64,000 bases of DNA from Candidatus Kerfeldbacteria bacterium (GTDB taxonomy: Bacteria > Patescibacteriota > Patescibacteriia > UBA9570 > XYC2-FULL-38-9). Location: the NCBI GenBank assembly GCA_043813585.1, contig JBDRKW010000020.1, forward strand, positions 129,185 to 193,184, in the 5' to 3' direction. Each line of letters begins with the position of its first letter. Position 1 is the stretch's first letter. This document shows positions 29,447 to 39,154 of this stretch, one piece after another. Made by a program: the position numbers and the translations under genes. The notes beneath the pieces were generated by a model, which saw only the letters and a program-made list of their open reading frames with translations, searched no databases and had not been told where the DNA came from.

Positions 29447-30596
29447 CTGGTATGTAATCCGGTACGAACGCTATCCAAATATTCCCTCGCAAAAGAGGAA
29501 TTTCACGGCCATTATGGTCAAAAAAACGCGTACGATCTTGCCGCGTTTCCTTCTTCCACGTCCCAGTATAAAGCCGGCCATCGTGAAATATCTCTACTAT
29601 GCCTTCCCCGGTAACAGGCCAATTAATCCTGCCCTTCCCCTCGATCGATATGCCCTCGCCAACATGCTGGATGACAATATTGCTCACATGAATAGGACCT
29701 CCCGTATTGGCGTCAGTATGCGCCACCCCTGCGTTGCTCCGCAGATAACTGTTTGCTTCCCGATCGTACCGGTACTCCACGTTATAAGACCCCCCAAATG
29801 CGATTGAAATGCCGGTCATTGCCTTTCCTCCGGCTTGCGCATCTATCTCGTCAAGCGGATCCTGAAACTTCCAAGGGTAATATTGCGGCTGTTCTTCATT
29901 TGCCCACCGATGATCAACATTCGCCCGTGTTAAGTCCTCTGTTGACGTGAATAGATTATGGGGCGCCTCTTTTGATGAATCCCGCCAAAAATAAGTTGAT
30001 TCCCGCAACGCATCGATATCGCGCAGACCAAAACGCTGCAACGCCAGCATTGCCGTATAACTGCCTCCTGCGTGCGAATACGCGCACTCAAGCTCGCTGA
30101 CAAATTCCAGATACGTGTCGCGCGCCGATCGAACCGGGCCTACTGCCACGTTTGCCCCATCTGCATACACAGCCATAAACCGCGTTATACCGCCCTCAAC
30201 AATCACTTCATAAACCACAGATGCCGCTTGGAGGCCCGACTGCGGCCGCACGCCTCCGAATGCGGCGTTTTCAATCATGACACACGACAATACTGGGTTT
30301 GATAGTTCCGCAGGAACGACGACACCGTCAATGCGGCGGGGTAATTCATCTTGAACAATTTCTTCCTTTACCCGCTGGATAACCGTCGGCATATCATATA
30401 TTGCCGATTTTAGCAGTTCGCGTGCATCAAAAAAAGATTGATTTGTCACTGCTACGGCAACAAGCGTATAGCCGCCGAATGATATCAGTCCGAGTCCCAA
30501 AAAAGCACTTATCTTCGAAAGCGGTGAATGGTACTTCTTCATAAAGTCTTGACTGTGCAGGCCTGTGCTTTTCTCCGTTTTTTTCTTGCCGCTCAT
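29433..30596 (-). CDS. DUF3048-like (YerB-like) membrane-anchored or secreted protein, paralogue 1
   Basis: Signal-anchor. Conserved block RPQSGLQAASVVYEVIVEGGITRFMAVYADGANVAVGPVRSARDTYLEF...HAGGS is shared with the downstream paralogue and recalled as DUF3048. Confidence 0.55.
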   Translation of the reverse strand: MSGKKKTEKSTGLHSQDFMKKYHSPLSKISAFLGLGLISFGGYTLVAVAVTNQSFFDARELLKSAIYDMPTVIQRVKEEIVQDELPRRIDGVVVPAELSNPVLSCVMIENAAFGGVRPQSGLQAASVVYEVIVEGGITRFMAVYADGANVAVGPVRSARDTYLEFVSELECAYSHAGGSYTAMLALQRFGLRDIDALRESTYFWRDSSKEAPHNLFTSTEDLTRANVDHRWANEEQPQYYPWKFQDPLDEIDAQAGGKAMTGISIAFGGSYNVEYRYDREANSYLRSNAGVAHTDANTGGPIHVSNIVIQHVGEGISIEGKGRINWPVTGEGIVEIFHDGRLYTGTWKKETRQDRTRFFDHNGREIPLLRGNIWIAFVPDYIPVEIE

Positions 30597-30599
30597 GGG

Positions 30600-31730
30600 C
30601 TAATTATACTCTACCGAACGATCATCGGGAAGTATCTCTATCCATGTATTTCCGGGCGTAAACGTCATCTCCTCTCCGCTATCCGTAATAAAACGGGTTC
30701 TTTGAGAGTGATATTCCTTTATCCATCGACCCTGAATCCGTTCACCATTTTTGAATAAATCAATAGCTCCTTCACCGATTGTTTCCATATCCAGACGACC
30801 GGTTGATTCTTCCATGAGTGTTGTCGGCACGTACTGTATAAGAACATTGGTCACATGAATTTGCTGGCCGGTTGCCGTATCGTTATGAGGTTCGTTCCCG
30901 TTAAACCGCAGGTATTGATTCGCATCCCTATCATATGCATACCGAACCTCATAACTCTGGGTAGAAAATGGGATAACAATATCAGGAGCATTCAACGGCC
31001 TGTCATTCAATACTATGGCTGATTCAAATAACCATGGGTTAAAGGTGCCCTCTCCTTCTTCCAGTTCAAAATCCCGGAGCATGTATCCGATCATTTCGGA
31101 CGACGTGAATAAATTGTGCGGTGCCGCTATTGATTCATCACGCCAAAAATACGCATGATCCCCACCGACCTGATTGACATTGTCCAGAAGATACGAGTTG
31201 TCGATTAACTGGCCAAGCGCCTGCGGACTGCCGCCCGCATGCATATAAACCCCACGGTACTCCTCTGCCCAATCAACAAAATAGTGACGCGCTGACCGCA
31301 CCGGACCGATAACGGTAAGATTTTCGTTTGTTGCATACAGTGCCATAAATCTGGTTATTCCGCCTTCCGCCAGCGCTTCATACACAACACTGGCACTCTG
31401 CAACCCCGTTTGCGGACGCACGGTGACAAGATTCTCAATCATGATCGCTATCGGCAGGACATTTTCATAGCCTCTTGGTGTCGGCACGCCGTCAATACGC
31501 CTCGTTAAAACATCCTCGTCCGTATCATTGCCGCTCAGATCGATATTTACGGTATCGCCGGATCCGTTTGCCTCGCTTGAATGGGATCTGTTGACGATAT
31601 AGATAGAGACAACAACAATAACAACCAACAACCCAATTGCGGCAACTACCAGCCAAACCTGGGCTTTCTTGCTTTCTTTAATTGCCCAAAGGCTATCTTT
31701 AATCCTAATGGACAGTGGCGGCTTCCCCAT
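30600..31730 (-). CDS. DUF3048-like protein, paralogue 2 (possibly with Lys/Arg-rich N-terminal extension to 31883)
   Basis: RPQTGLQSASVVYEALAEGGITRFMALYATNENLTVIGPVRSARHYFVDW...HAGGS. The longest ORF would start at 31883 with a K/R-rich tract, but that overlaps rplY by 143 nt, so the start at MGKPPLS is preferred. Confidence 0.55.
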   Translation of the reverse strand: MGKPPLSIRIKDSLWAIKESKKAQVWLVVAAIGLLVVIVVVSIYIVNRSHSSEANGSGDTVNIDLSGNDTDEDVLTRRIDGVPTPRGYENVLPIAIMIENLVTVRPQTGLQSASVVYEALAEGGITRFMALYATNENLTVIGPVRSARHYFVDWAEEYRGVYMHAGGSPQALGQLIDNSYLLDNVNQVGGDHAYFWRDESIAAPHNLFTSSEMIGYMLRDFELEEGEGTFNPWLFESAIVLNDRPLNAPDIVIPFSTQSYEVRYAYDRDANQYLRFNGNEPHNDTATGQQIHVTNVLIQYVPTTLMEESTGRLDMETIGEGAIDLFKNGERIQGRWIKEYHSQRTRFITDSGEEMTFTPGNTWIEILPDDRSVEYN

Positions 31731-31740
31731 GCTCCTCCTC

Positions 31741-32466
31741 TTATTCTTTCTTAGCGTCTTTCTCGCCTTCTCCTTCTTTCTTCTCTTCCCCTGCTTCAGT
31801 TTCTTCCGTCTCACCTTCCTCATCGGTTTCTTTCTTTCCTTCAACTTCAACATCAGAGATATCTTCAACAACATCTTCTTCAAGCGCTTTCAATTCCTCC
31901 TCGCTTCTCGGCTCAGCAACGGAAACAACGGTTGAGTCCGGCGCCTGCAGGTATTCAACTCCCTCCAATACAGGAAGATCGCGAACGCGGATATCATCAT
32001 CAAATGTCGCAAGAGACGTAAGGTCAACGACAATATGATGCGGCAAATCTTTCGGCAAACACTTCACCTCTAGCTCTGAAATCGTTTTTACGATGATGCC
32101 ACCGAGTTCCTTTTCAGCCGGCGCAATGCCTTCAAATAGTATCTCAACTTCAGCAGTCAGTTCCTCATCCATATTGACGATATAAAAATCAATATGCCTA
32201 TACGAATGCTCAACAGGATGTCGTTGAAGATCATGAACCAAGACCTTCACAGAATCCGAATCATCTATAACTAAATCAATAAGCGTACTTTCCCCTGCCT
32301 GGTCCAGTACCCTTTCAAAATCCAACGCATTAACGGATAACGGCGTTGTCACTTTATCTTTGCCGTAGACAATTGCCGGGATCATTCCGCCTTCCCTCAC
32401 TTTTCCCGCTCCAGCTCGTCCCTTATCTTCCCGCGTAACTGCTTTTAGTGTAATTGCTTCGCTCAT
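31741..32466 (-). CDS. rplY: Ribosomal protein L25/general stress protein Ctc with acidic E/K-rich C-terminal tail
   Basis: MSEAITLKAVTREDKGRAGAGKVREGGMIPAIVYGKDK... L25 profile, C-terminal beta-barrel domain, and a tail of about 50 aa rich in E, K and G. Confidence 0.8.
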   Translation of the reverse strand: MSEAITLKAVTREDKGRAGAGKVREGGMIPAIVYGKDKVTTPLSVNALDFERVLDQAGESTLIDLVIDDSDSVKVLVHDLQRHPVEHSYRHIDFYIVNMDEELTAEVEILFEGIAPAEKELGGIIVKTISELEVKCLPKDLPHHIVVDLTSLATFDDDIRVRDLPVLEGVEYLQAPDSTVVSVAEPRSEEELKALEEDVVEDISDVEVEGKKETDEEGETEETEAGEEKKEGEGEKDAKKE

Positions 32467-32481
32467 AATAGTATGACTAGT

Positions 32482-32799
32482 TTACTTACGTGCTTTAAGA
32501 TTCTCAATAAGTGAACGCGTGCTGATTGCTTCGTGTATAGCAATAATGTCATCTTCCAAAATTCCAGCCTCACTGATAAAGCGCTCAAGTTCGGGTTTTT
32601 GCATATCGGTTGCTAACCCAATCGCTGTTATCATGCCATGCTTGGTTATTGTCAGAAGGACGACACCTCCATTGCAGCTCGGGCATTCAATATGATCTAA
32701 CGAAACATCCCTAGCAGAACGCACTCGTTGCGCTGCTTCAACATTGATTGATTGACCGCATAACGGGCACGTGCTCGTAACGTGGCTTTTTTTATTCAT
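32482..32799 (-). CDS. Small zinc-ribbon protein (CxxC...CxxC), unknown function
   Basis: CPLCGQ ... CPSCNG pairs; 105 aa. Confidence 0.4.
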   Translation of the reverse strand: MNKKSHVTSTCPLCGQSINVEAAQRVRSARDVSLDHIECPSCNGGVVLLTITKHGMITAIGLATDMQKPELERFISEAGILEDDIIAIHEAISTRSLIENLKARK

Positions 32800-32857
32800 T
32801 TTCGGCCAATTATCAGAATTGCATTCTGGAGCATTATAAGATAATCGACTGTTCCTG

Positions 32858-33967
32858 TCAATTCCTGGATACTAGCCCCATTCGATGGACGATTCCAAAC
32901 GCCAACAGCGTTATTACCATAGACGTTCCGCCGGCGCTCACAAGCGGCAATGGCACCCCTGTCACCGGCAATAAACCCATATTCATCCCGAGAACCAAGA
33001 AACTTTGGGACAGAAAATAGACAAAAACGCCAAAGCAAAACAGAAAAACATACATATCCTTTGTGCGTGACATATAAACCCACAGACGAAACAGTATCAT
33101 TCCTATCGAGCCGAGGATTCCCAATACGCTTATAAACCCGAGCTCCTCCGCAATAGCCGCAAATATGAAGTCAGATGTGACTTCAGGGAGAAAATGCAGC
33201 TGACTTTGCGTTCCCAGCCCCAAACCTCTGCCCCAAAAAGACCCTGACCCGATGGCAACAATCGATTGCGTAATATTATAGCCTGTACCCATTGGATCCG
33301 CCTCCGGATTGATAAATGTTGACAGCCTGTCTTTTTGATAATCCTCAAAAAGGAAAAACCATCCGACAAGAAATATTCCAACGGCCATTACTGCCACAGC
33401 GACAAGACCCAATTTTGGCGCGCGGAGCAGGATGGCAAATGAAAACCATAATACAAATAGTATCAGCGCAGACCCAAGGTCAGGCTGCAATACCACCAAT
33501 CCGACAAGGACAGAAGCGGAAATGCCGCTGATGATAAAATACCGGTAGGTACTCATCTGCTCGGGACTTCGTTCAAAATACGCCGCGATAAAAAGGATAA
33601 AAAGAATTTTTGCTATCTCGACCGGTTGAAGCGAATATCCCGCTAAAACAAACCAGCCGGTGGTGCCTTTAATGGTAACGCCAAAAATAAGCACGCCAAC
33701 CAGTAATGCGGATGCAAAAAGGAAATAGATAGCAGCATGTCCCTTGATGGTTCTATGGTCAATAAAAGAAAAAATAACAAACGCGGCCACGCCGATGGCA
33801 ACATACGTCAACTGGTCAAAAAACGGCGACAATGTAGATATTTCCAGGTTCGTACCGATGCTGTACTGCATCACCAGGCCGATGCAAATCAAAAAAAGAA
33901 TTGGCGCTATAATCCACCAATCAACAAATCCAAATCGTTCAGATATTCGAGGCAGCCGTAGCTTCAT
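32858..33967 (-). CDS. SEDS-family peptidoglycan glycosyltransferase (RodA/FtsW)
   Basis: 10-TM FtsW/RodA/SpoVE profile (GxxLGLG, PEVTSDFIFAAIAEELG, LPVTGVPLPLVSAGGTS). Confidence 0.8.
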   Translation of the reverse strand: MKLRLPRISERFGFVDWWIIAPILFLICIGLVMQYSIGTNLEISTLSPFFDQLTYVAIGVAAFVIFSFIDHRTIKGHAAIYFLFASALLVGVLIFGVTIKGTTGWFVLAGYSLQPVEIAKILFILFIAAYFERSPEQMSTYRYFIISGISASVLVGLVVLQPDLGSALILFVLWFSFAILLRAPKLGLVAVAVMAVGIFLVGWFFLFEDYQKDRLSTFINPEADPMGTGYNITQSIVAIGSGSFWGRGLGLGTQSQLHFLPEVTSDFIFAAIAEELGFISVLGILGSIGMILFRLWVYMSRTKDMYVFLFCFGVFVYFLSQSFLVLGMNMGLLPVTGVPLPLVSAGGTSMVITLLAFGIVHRMGLVSRN

Positions 33968-33982
33968 AATCGGCTTTTAAAG

Positions 33983-34828
33983 CTACCTGATGATACGCTC
34001 CTCCGTTATTTTGTCAACGTTTACGTAGATAAGAGGCGAAAGTGACCGCTCCAGTTTCATCGGCCATCGAAAAACCATTTCTTTTGTTTCCAGCGAGCCA
34101 ATCATATCAACAACCACGCTTGCTATGGCCTCAATATTATTGGAGTCATCAACCATAAGCACCACAACCTGCGGCTCTCTAAAACCATAGACGCTTTTAT
34201 TCCTAAGCGTAAAACTCAACTCACTCTTAAAAACACTTGCATCAGTGCCGTCTATATAACGAAAACTCGGCTGAATAAATTCCCACGCATCAACCGGCAG
34301 GACTTCAAGATCTGCCGTTTTTATCCAGCTTGATGACTGCAATACCGCGCTGACTGTAGGCACTGAACTGCCGGTGAACGGAACTCCGCTGCGCACCAGG
34401 TATTTTTCCTGCATTGGGGCCATTGTGATTGTTTCCCTGCCCGCAGAAACGCCACCGGCTAAAATTTCATAATCAAGGCTTGTTGCCGACCATGTTTCAT
34501 TGGGATTGCGCACATGAACTGCGATATCAATACTTGAATCATCTCGCCTGACGGCAGTTGACTTCACAACGACAGGATTCAGCGGCTTTTCGACTTGCCC
34601 ATATGATATGACAGACTGCGACAATCCCGCCTCAATTTCGTTTGTCTGGCCGATATGCGTTAGCCAATTAATCGTAATAATCAAAAACACAAGCACTGAT
34701 GCGCCTGCAACGACTGCTAACGCTACGGTTCCCGCCATTTTGATCTGGCTCCGATGCGTTGCAATCCAATATCCCCGGCTTAAGCTGCCTTGGGATAATT
34801 GATCCGGCTGCTGTGGTGGCTGTTCCAT
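33983..34828 (-). CDS. Hypothetical membrane-anchored protein
   Basis: Single N-terminal TM after a Q/P-rich N-terminus; beta-rich remainder; no recognisable family. Confidence 0.4.
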   Translation of the reverse strand: MEQPPQQPDQLSQGSLSRGYWIATHRSQIKMAGTVALAVVAGASVLVFLIITINWLTHIGQTNEIEAGLSQSVISYGQVEKPLNPVVVKSTAVRRDDSSIDIAVHVRNPNETWSATSLDYEILAGGVSAGRETITMAPMQEKYLVRSGVPFTGSSVPTVSAVLQSSSWIKTADLEVLPVDAWEFIQPSFRYIDGTDASVFKSELSFTLRNKSVYGFREPQVVVLMVDDSNNIEAIASVVVDMIGSLETKEMVFRWPMKLERSLSPLIYVNVDKITEERIIR

Positions 34829-34911
34829 GCCACCAGTGTACCATTCTTGCCCGCACAGTTCAATTATGCTATTATGCTCCTATATATAAAATAAAAATTG
34901 AACAAATAACT

Positions 34912-35202
34912 ATGTTTGATACATCAGTTGACGTCATGTATGGCGTGATCTCGCTCTGCATCCTGGTCTTTACCGGGTTCCTTGTGTGGATTATGTTTTA
35001 TCTCGCTCAGATGTTAAAACAGGGCAATGAAGTCATTACAGAAATTCGCGAAAAAATAGCTGAGTTTGAAGAGGCTCTCTCAACAATTAAGGATAAAGTC
35101 ATGTCTTCAGCTCAGGCAATATCCTTTATTGCCAATGAGGTCGGGTCAGTTGTAGATTTTGTTAAAGACCGGAAGGACAAAAAACGCTCCAGTAAAAAAT
35201 AA
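34912..35202 (+). CDS. Small single-TM protein (97 aa)
   Basis: MFDTSVDVMYGVISLCILVFTGFLVWIMFYL then an amphipathic/charged tail, followed by a terminator. Confidence 0.35.
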   Translation: MFDTSVDVMYGVISLCILVFTGFLVWIMFYLAQMLKQGNEVITEIREKIAEFEEALSTIKDKVMSSAQAISFIANEVGSVVDFVKDRKDKKRSSKK

Positions 35203-35210
35203 GGTATAAA

Positions 35211-35238
35211 AAAACCGCCACTCAAGATTGGCGGTTTT
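35211..35238. terminator. Bidirectional rho-independent terminator hairpin
   Basis: AAAACCGCCA-ctcaagat-TGGCGGTTTT perfect 9-10 bp stem with A/T runs on both sides, between convergent genes. Confidence 0.6.
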
Positions 35239-35246
35239 CAAATTTA

Positions 35247-35693
35247 TTAATATTGGTTAATGGCGTCTATGATCTGGGAATCAGTTCGCAAATTTTCCCA
35301 GAACAGCACGTGTTCTTTGCGAATGACTATCGTATTCTCCGGTTGATGTATCTCTTCTCCTAAACGTATGACCTTAATTGAAGTCTCCTTTTCTCCATTT
35401 TTTGCGTCATCTGTAAGTTGCTCCTGCTGCTGAAGATAATAGACGTCGGTCAATTGAAAATAATTTCTGCTCAACGAATCAAGATGGCCGAAATAGACCT
35501 GCCCGTTTACGAGAAATACCGCCTGGAACGTATTCTTTGGGGTGGTCTTCTCAAACTGCAATTTCTGCATCGACAGGGATGCCCCGACCAAAATAACGGT
35601 CAGCACAATTAGAATGTATGGCACCATCATAACATCGAAGGACCATTGCTTTTTTGTCATTTTTTTGGTTTGCTTATTTGGCATAGTTTTCAT
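35247..35693 (-). CDS. Hypothetical membrane-anchored protein (148 aa)
   Basis: K-rich N-terminus, one TM (VMMVPYILIVLTVILVGASL), no recognisable family. Confidence 0.4.
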   Translation of the reverse strand: MKTMPNKQTKKMTKKQWSFDVMMVPYILIVLTVILVGASLSMQKLQFEKTTPKNTFQAVFLVNGQVYFGHLDSLSRNYFQLTDVYYLQQQEQLTDDAKNGEKETSIKVIRLGEEIHQPENTIVIRKEHVLFWENLRTDSQIIDAINQY

Positions 35694-35732
35694 TTAACAA
35701 TCTGCACACCATAGTATCATAGAAAAACTGTT

Positions 35733-38700
35733 ATGTCATTCATCCATTTACACGTCCATAGCCATTATTCCCTGTTAGACGGGGTCCCAAAGATCCCTGA
35801 ATTGATACATGCAGTAAAAAAAGCAGGTATGCCTGCTGTTGCTCTTACGGACCATGGGAACATGTACGGCGCTATTGAATTCTTCCAGGAAGCGAAAAAA
35901 AACGGCATTAAACCAATTATTGGAATGGAGGTCTATATTGCTCCAAACGGCGTGAAAGAGATGCAGCCGCGCGTTCGGCCTTACCATCTTGTTCTTCTGG
36001 CAAAAAATAGAACCGGCTACGAAAACTTGATTCAACTGACCTCGTATGCCCATCTTGAAGGCTATTATTCCAAACCGCGCGTCGACATCGATATTTTGCG
36101 GCAGCACGCTGACGGGCTTATTGCGCTTACCGCATGTTTGTCGGGGGAAGTACCAAAAACATTTTTAACCGGCGGATATGACAAGGCAAAGGAGGCAGCA
36201 CTTAAATACTCTCAGATTTTTCCTGAAAACCTTTATCTGGAAGTGCAGTACAACCCTTCGATGCCTGAGCAGGAACTCGTTAATCAGGCAATGCTTCAAA
36301 TGCATCAGGAACTGGGACTCCCACTTGTCGCGACAAACGACGTCCACTATATCGCTCCGGAAGACAACGAAGCACAGGACGTGTTGTTATGTATTCAGAC
36401 AAAAAAACTGCTGACAGATACAGAGCGCCTTACTATGATGAACGAAGATTATTCCCTCACTCCTGCATCACGAATGCAGGAACTGTTTGCAAAGTTCCCG
36501 GGCGCCATTGAGAATACTCTCAAAATTGCAGATGAAATCAATATTGAGATACAGCTCGGAAAAATACAAATTCCTCATTTTGATCTTCCAGAAAATGTAA
36601 CGCCTGAGCAGCGTCTTCGCGATCTGTGTAACGAAGGAATACAAAACAAATATAAAGAACGCACAACTGAAATATCAGAACGCCTTGATTATGAATTGGA
36701 TATTATCGAACGAACAGGTTTTGCCTCGTACTTCTTGATTGTTCAGGACTTCATTAACTGGGCAAAAAAACAAAAAATCGCAGTCGGGCCGGGCCGCGGT
36801 TCTGCTGCAGGTTCCATTGTGGCCTATCTGACGAACATTACGGACATTGATCCGATAAAATATGAACTGCTATTTGAGCGGTTCCTAAATCCGGAACGCA
36901 TATCCATGCCTGATATTGATACGGATTTTGCAGATGCCCGCCGCGATGACGTTCTGCGGTATGTTGAACAGCGCTACGGCAAGGACCATGTTGCGCAGAT
37001 CATTACGTTTGGAACGCTTGGGGCTAAAGCAGCGGTTCGCGACGTCGGACGCGTAATGGGCCTGTCATACGGCTATTGCGATAGAATTTCAAAATTAATC
37101 CCAATGTTCATGACGCTCCAGGAAGCGTTGGAATCGGTTTCAGAGCTCTCTGACCTGATAAATGAAGATGCAGATGCCGAACGTCTGATACAAATCGCCC
37201 AAAAGCTGGAAGGCGTCGCCCGCCATACATCCACACACGCGTGTGCTGTCGTCATTACAAAAGAACCTCTTACAAAAACCGTTCCTCTTCAGGTGGATCC
37301 GGACGACAAGGGAATTATCACCCAATATCCCATGAACCCAATTGAAGCTCTGGGTTTGCTGAAAATGGACTTTCTGGGCCTAAAAAACCTTACTATTATT
37401 GAAGATACATTGAATATTGTCGATGCAACAACTGGCAGATCGTTGAATATTGAAGAGATACCCTTAAATAACAAGCCAACATTCAAATTATTGCAGCAAG
37501 CCAATACCATCGGAGTTTTCCAACTTGAAAGTTCCGGCATGCGGAGGTATCTCAAACAACTCAAGCCGACAGAAATGGAAGATATAATCGCAATGGTCTC
37601 GCTCTATCGGCCTGGTCCGATGGACTTCATCCCAGACTATATTTCCGGCAAACATGGAAAAAGAACAATCACCTATTTGGAAAAACGGCTACAACCGATA
37701 CTTGAAAAGACATACGGCATTGCCGTGTACCAGGAACAAATTATGGAGATAGCGCGCCAACTTGCTGGCTTCAGTTATGGCGAAGCGGACGTGCTCCGAA
37801 AAGCGGTTGGTAAGAAAAACAAGGCGCTTCTCGACAAGCAGGAACAAAAAATGATTCAAGGCATGGTTGATAGCGGAATCAGCCACGATATCGCAAAGAG
37901 AATTTGGGAATTCATATTGCCCTTTGCCCGATACGGTTTTAACCGGTCGCACGCTGCCTGTTATGCCATGATCGCCTATCGCACCGCATTCCTGAAGGCC
38001 AACTATCCTGCACAATTCATGGCCGCTCTCCTAAATGCAGATCATGGAAACACGGAACGGGTTGCGCTTGAAATCAACCATGCGCTTTCCATGGGAATTA
38101 AGGTCCTTCCACCGGATATCAATGAAAGCTTTGCATCGTTCACTGTGGTTCGCGCATCCCTGGAGGAGGAAACGCAGCGCATCCGCTTCGGTCTGAAAGC
38201 GATTAAAAATGTCGGCGACAATATTGTTACCGTGATTATTAAAGAACGCAAAGAAAATGGTCCATTCGCGACCTTGGAAGACTTCCTGCGCCGCGTACAG
38301 GACAAGGACCTCAATAAAAAATCGTTAGAGAGCCTTATAAAAACCGGAGCGCTGGACAGCCTTGGAGAAAGAAACAAACTTCTTCTGAATATTGAAGTTC
38401 TTCTGCAATATGCCAAGCAGGCGCAGAATGAATCAATTAGCGGACAAGGTAATCTCTTTGGCGGCCTTAAGAAGGAATCACAGCCAGGCCTGACATTATC
38501 CGAAGTTCCCGAGATTTCTGAAAAGATCCGACTCTCCTGGGAAAAGGAATTACTCGGGCTCTATATCTCCGGGCACCCGCTGAGCCACATTTCACACGTG
38601 TTGGAAAAAAACTCCATCCCTTTTTCCACGCTAAAAAACTTTCCAAAGCGCCAAACAATATCTGTCATAGGGATAGTTACAACAGTAAAGCGGGTAACGA

Positions 38701-39134
38701 CAAAAAATGGGGAAGCGATGCTCTTTGTTGGTTTTGCCGATAATACGGCAGAAATCGAAATTATTATTTTCCCCAAAACCTACCAGAAATATTCCACTTT
38801 CTGGGATGAAGATGCAGTGTTGGAAGTGAAGGGAAAGCTTGACGACAAGGACGGAGCCCTAAAAATACTTGTTGAGGAGGTTAAGCGATTTGATCCGGAT
38901 AATGTATCTCCTGCTCCCCATGTCCGCATCTCGGTTCCCAAAAAAATAAAAAAATCATTGTTTAAGCAATTTTCTGAATTAATCAAGGAGGAGTCCCAAA
39001 GCGAACAAGCACTGTACGCCGTCTATCTTATCGTCGACGGAAAAACAATCGATACAAATGCCAAAATCCCTAAGAAAACTATTAAAGAAATCGAACAGCT
39101 GTTTGGACAACAGGCCGTCTCTGTGGTAGAATAA
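35733..39134 (+). CDS. dnaE: DNA polymerase III alpha subunit
   Basis: PHP domain start MSFIHLHVHSHYSLLDGV; 1133 aa; polymerase core and OB fold. Confidence 0.9.
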   Translation: MSFIHLHVHSHYSLLDGVPKIPELIHAVKKAGMPAVALTDHGNMYGAIEFFQEAKKNGIKPIIGMEVYIAPNGVKEMQPRVRPYHLVLLAKNRTGYENLIQLTSYAHLEGYYSKPRVDIDILRQHADGLIALTACLSGEVPKTFLTGGYDKAKEAALKYSQIFPENLYLEVQYNPSMPEQELVNQAMLQMHQELGLPLVATNDVHYIAPEDNEAQDVLLCIQTKKLLTDTERLTMMNEDYSLTPASRMQELFAKFPGAIENTLKIADEINIEIQLGKIQIPHFDLPENVTPEQRLRDLCNEGIQNKYKERTTEISERLDYELDIIERTGFASYFLIVQDFINWAKKQKIAVGPGRGSAAGSIVAYLTNITDIDPIKYELLFERFLNPERISMPDIDTDFADARRDDVLRYVEQRYGKDHVAQIITFGTLGAKAAVRDVGRVMGLSYGYCDRISKLIPMFMTLQEALESVSELSDLINEDADAERLIQIAQKLEGVARHTSTHACAVVITKEPLTKTVPLQVDPDDKGIITQYPMNPIEALGLLKMDFLGLKNLTIIEDTLNIVDATTGRSLNIEEIPLNNKPTFKLLQQANTIGVFQLESSGMRRYLKQLKPTEMEDIIAMVSLYRPGPMDFIPDYISGKHGKRTITYLEKRLQPILEKTYGIAVYQEQIMEIARQLAGFSYGEADVLRKAVGKKNKALLDKQEQKMIQGMVDSGISHDIAKRIWEFILPFARYGFNRSHAACYAMIAYRTAFLKANYPAQFMAALLNADHGNTERVALEINHALSMGIKVLPPDINESFASFTVVRASLEEETQRIRFGLKAIKNVGDNIVTVIIKERKENGPFATLEDFLRRVQDKDLNKKSLESLIKTGALDSLGERNKLLLNIEVLLQYAKQAQNESISGQGNLFGGLKKESQPGLTLSEVPEISEKIRLSWEKELLGLYISGHPLSHISHVLEKNSIPFSTLKNFPKRQTISVIGIVTTVKRVTTKNGEAMLFVGFADNTAEIEIIIFPKTYQKYSTFWDEDAVLEVKGKLDDKDGALKILVEEVKRFDPDNVSPAPHVRISVPKKIKKSLFKQFSELIKEESQSEQALYAVYLIVDGKTIDTNAKIPKKTIKEIEQLFGQQAVSVVE

Positions 39135-39154
39135 GCGAAAATAATCATAATATT

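Noticed and set aside
31669-32038. Plus-strand Ser-rich ORFs (88 and 107 aa) over the rplY tail region
   Set aside because: They are the antisense reading of the GAA/GAG/AAG-rich acidic tail of L25, which produces S/F/L-rich low-complexity artefacts.
32796-33083. 95-aa ORF overlapping the 3-prime end of the SEDS gene
   Set aside because: It overlaps RodA/FtsW in another frame for most of its length. Its Cys/Arg-rich composition is typical of a spurious ORF.
35694-35732. Promoter for dnaE (TTAACA ... TAGTAT/TATCAT)
   Set aside because: Spacing of 12-15 nt is off-consensus and the region is very short. Too uncertain to list.
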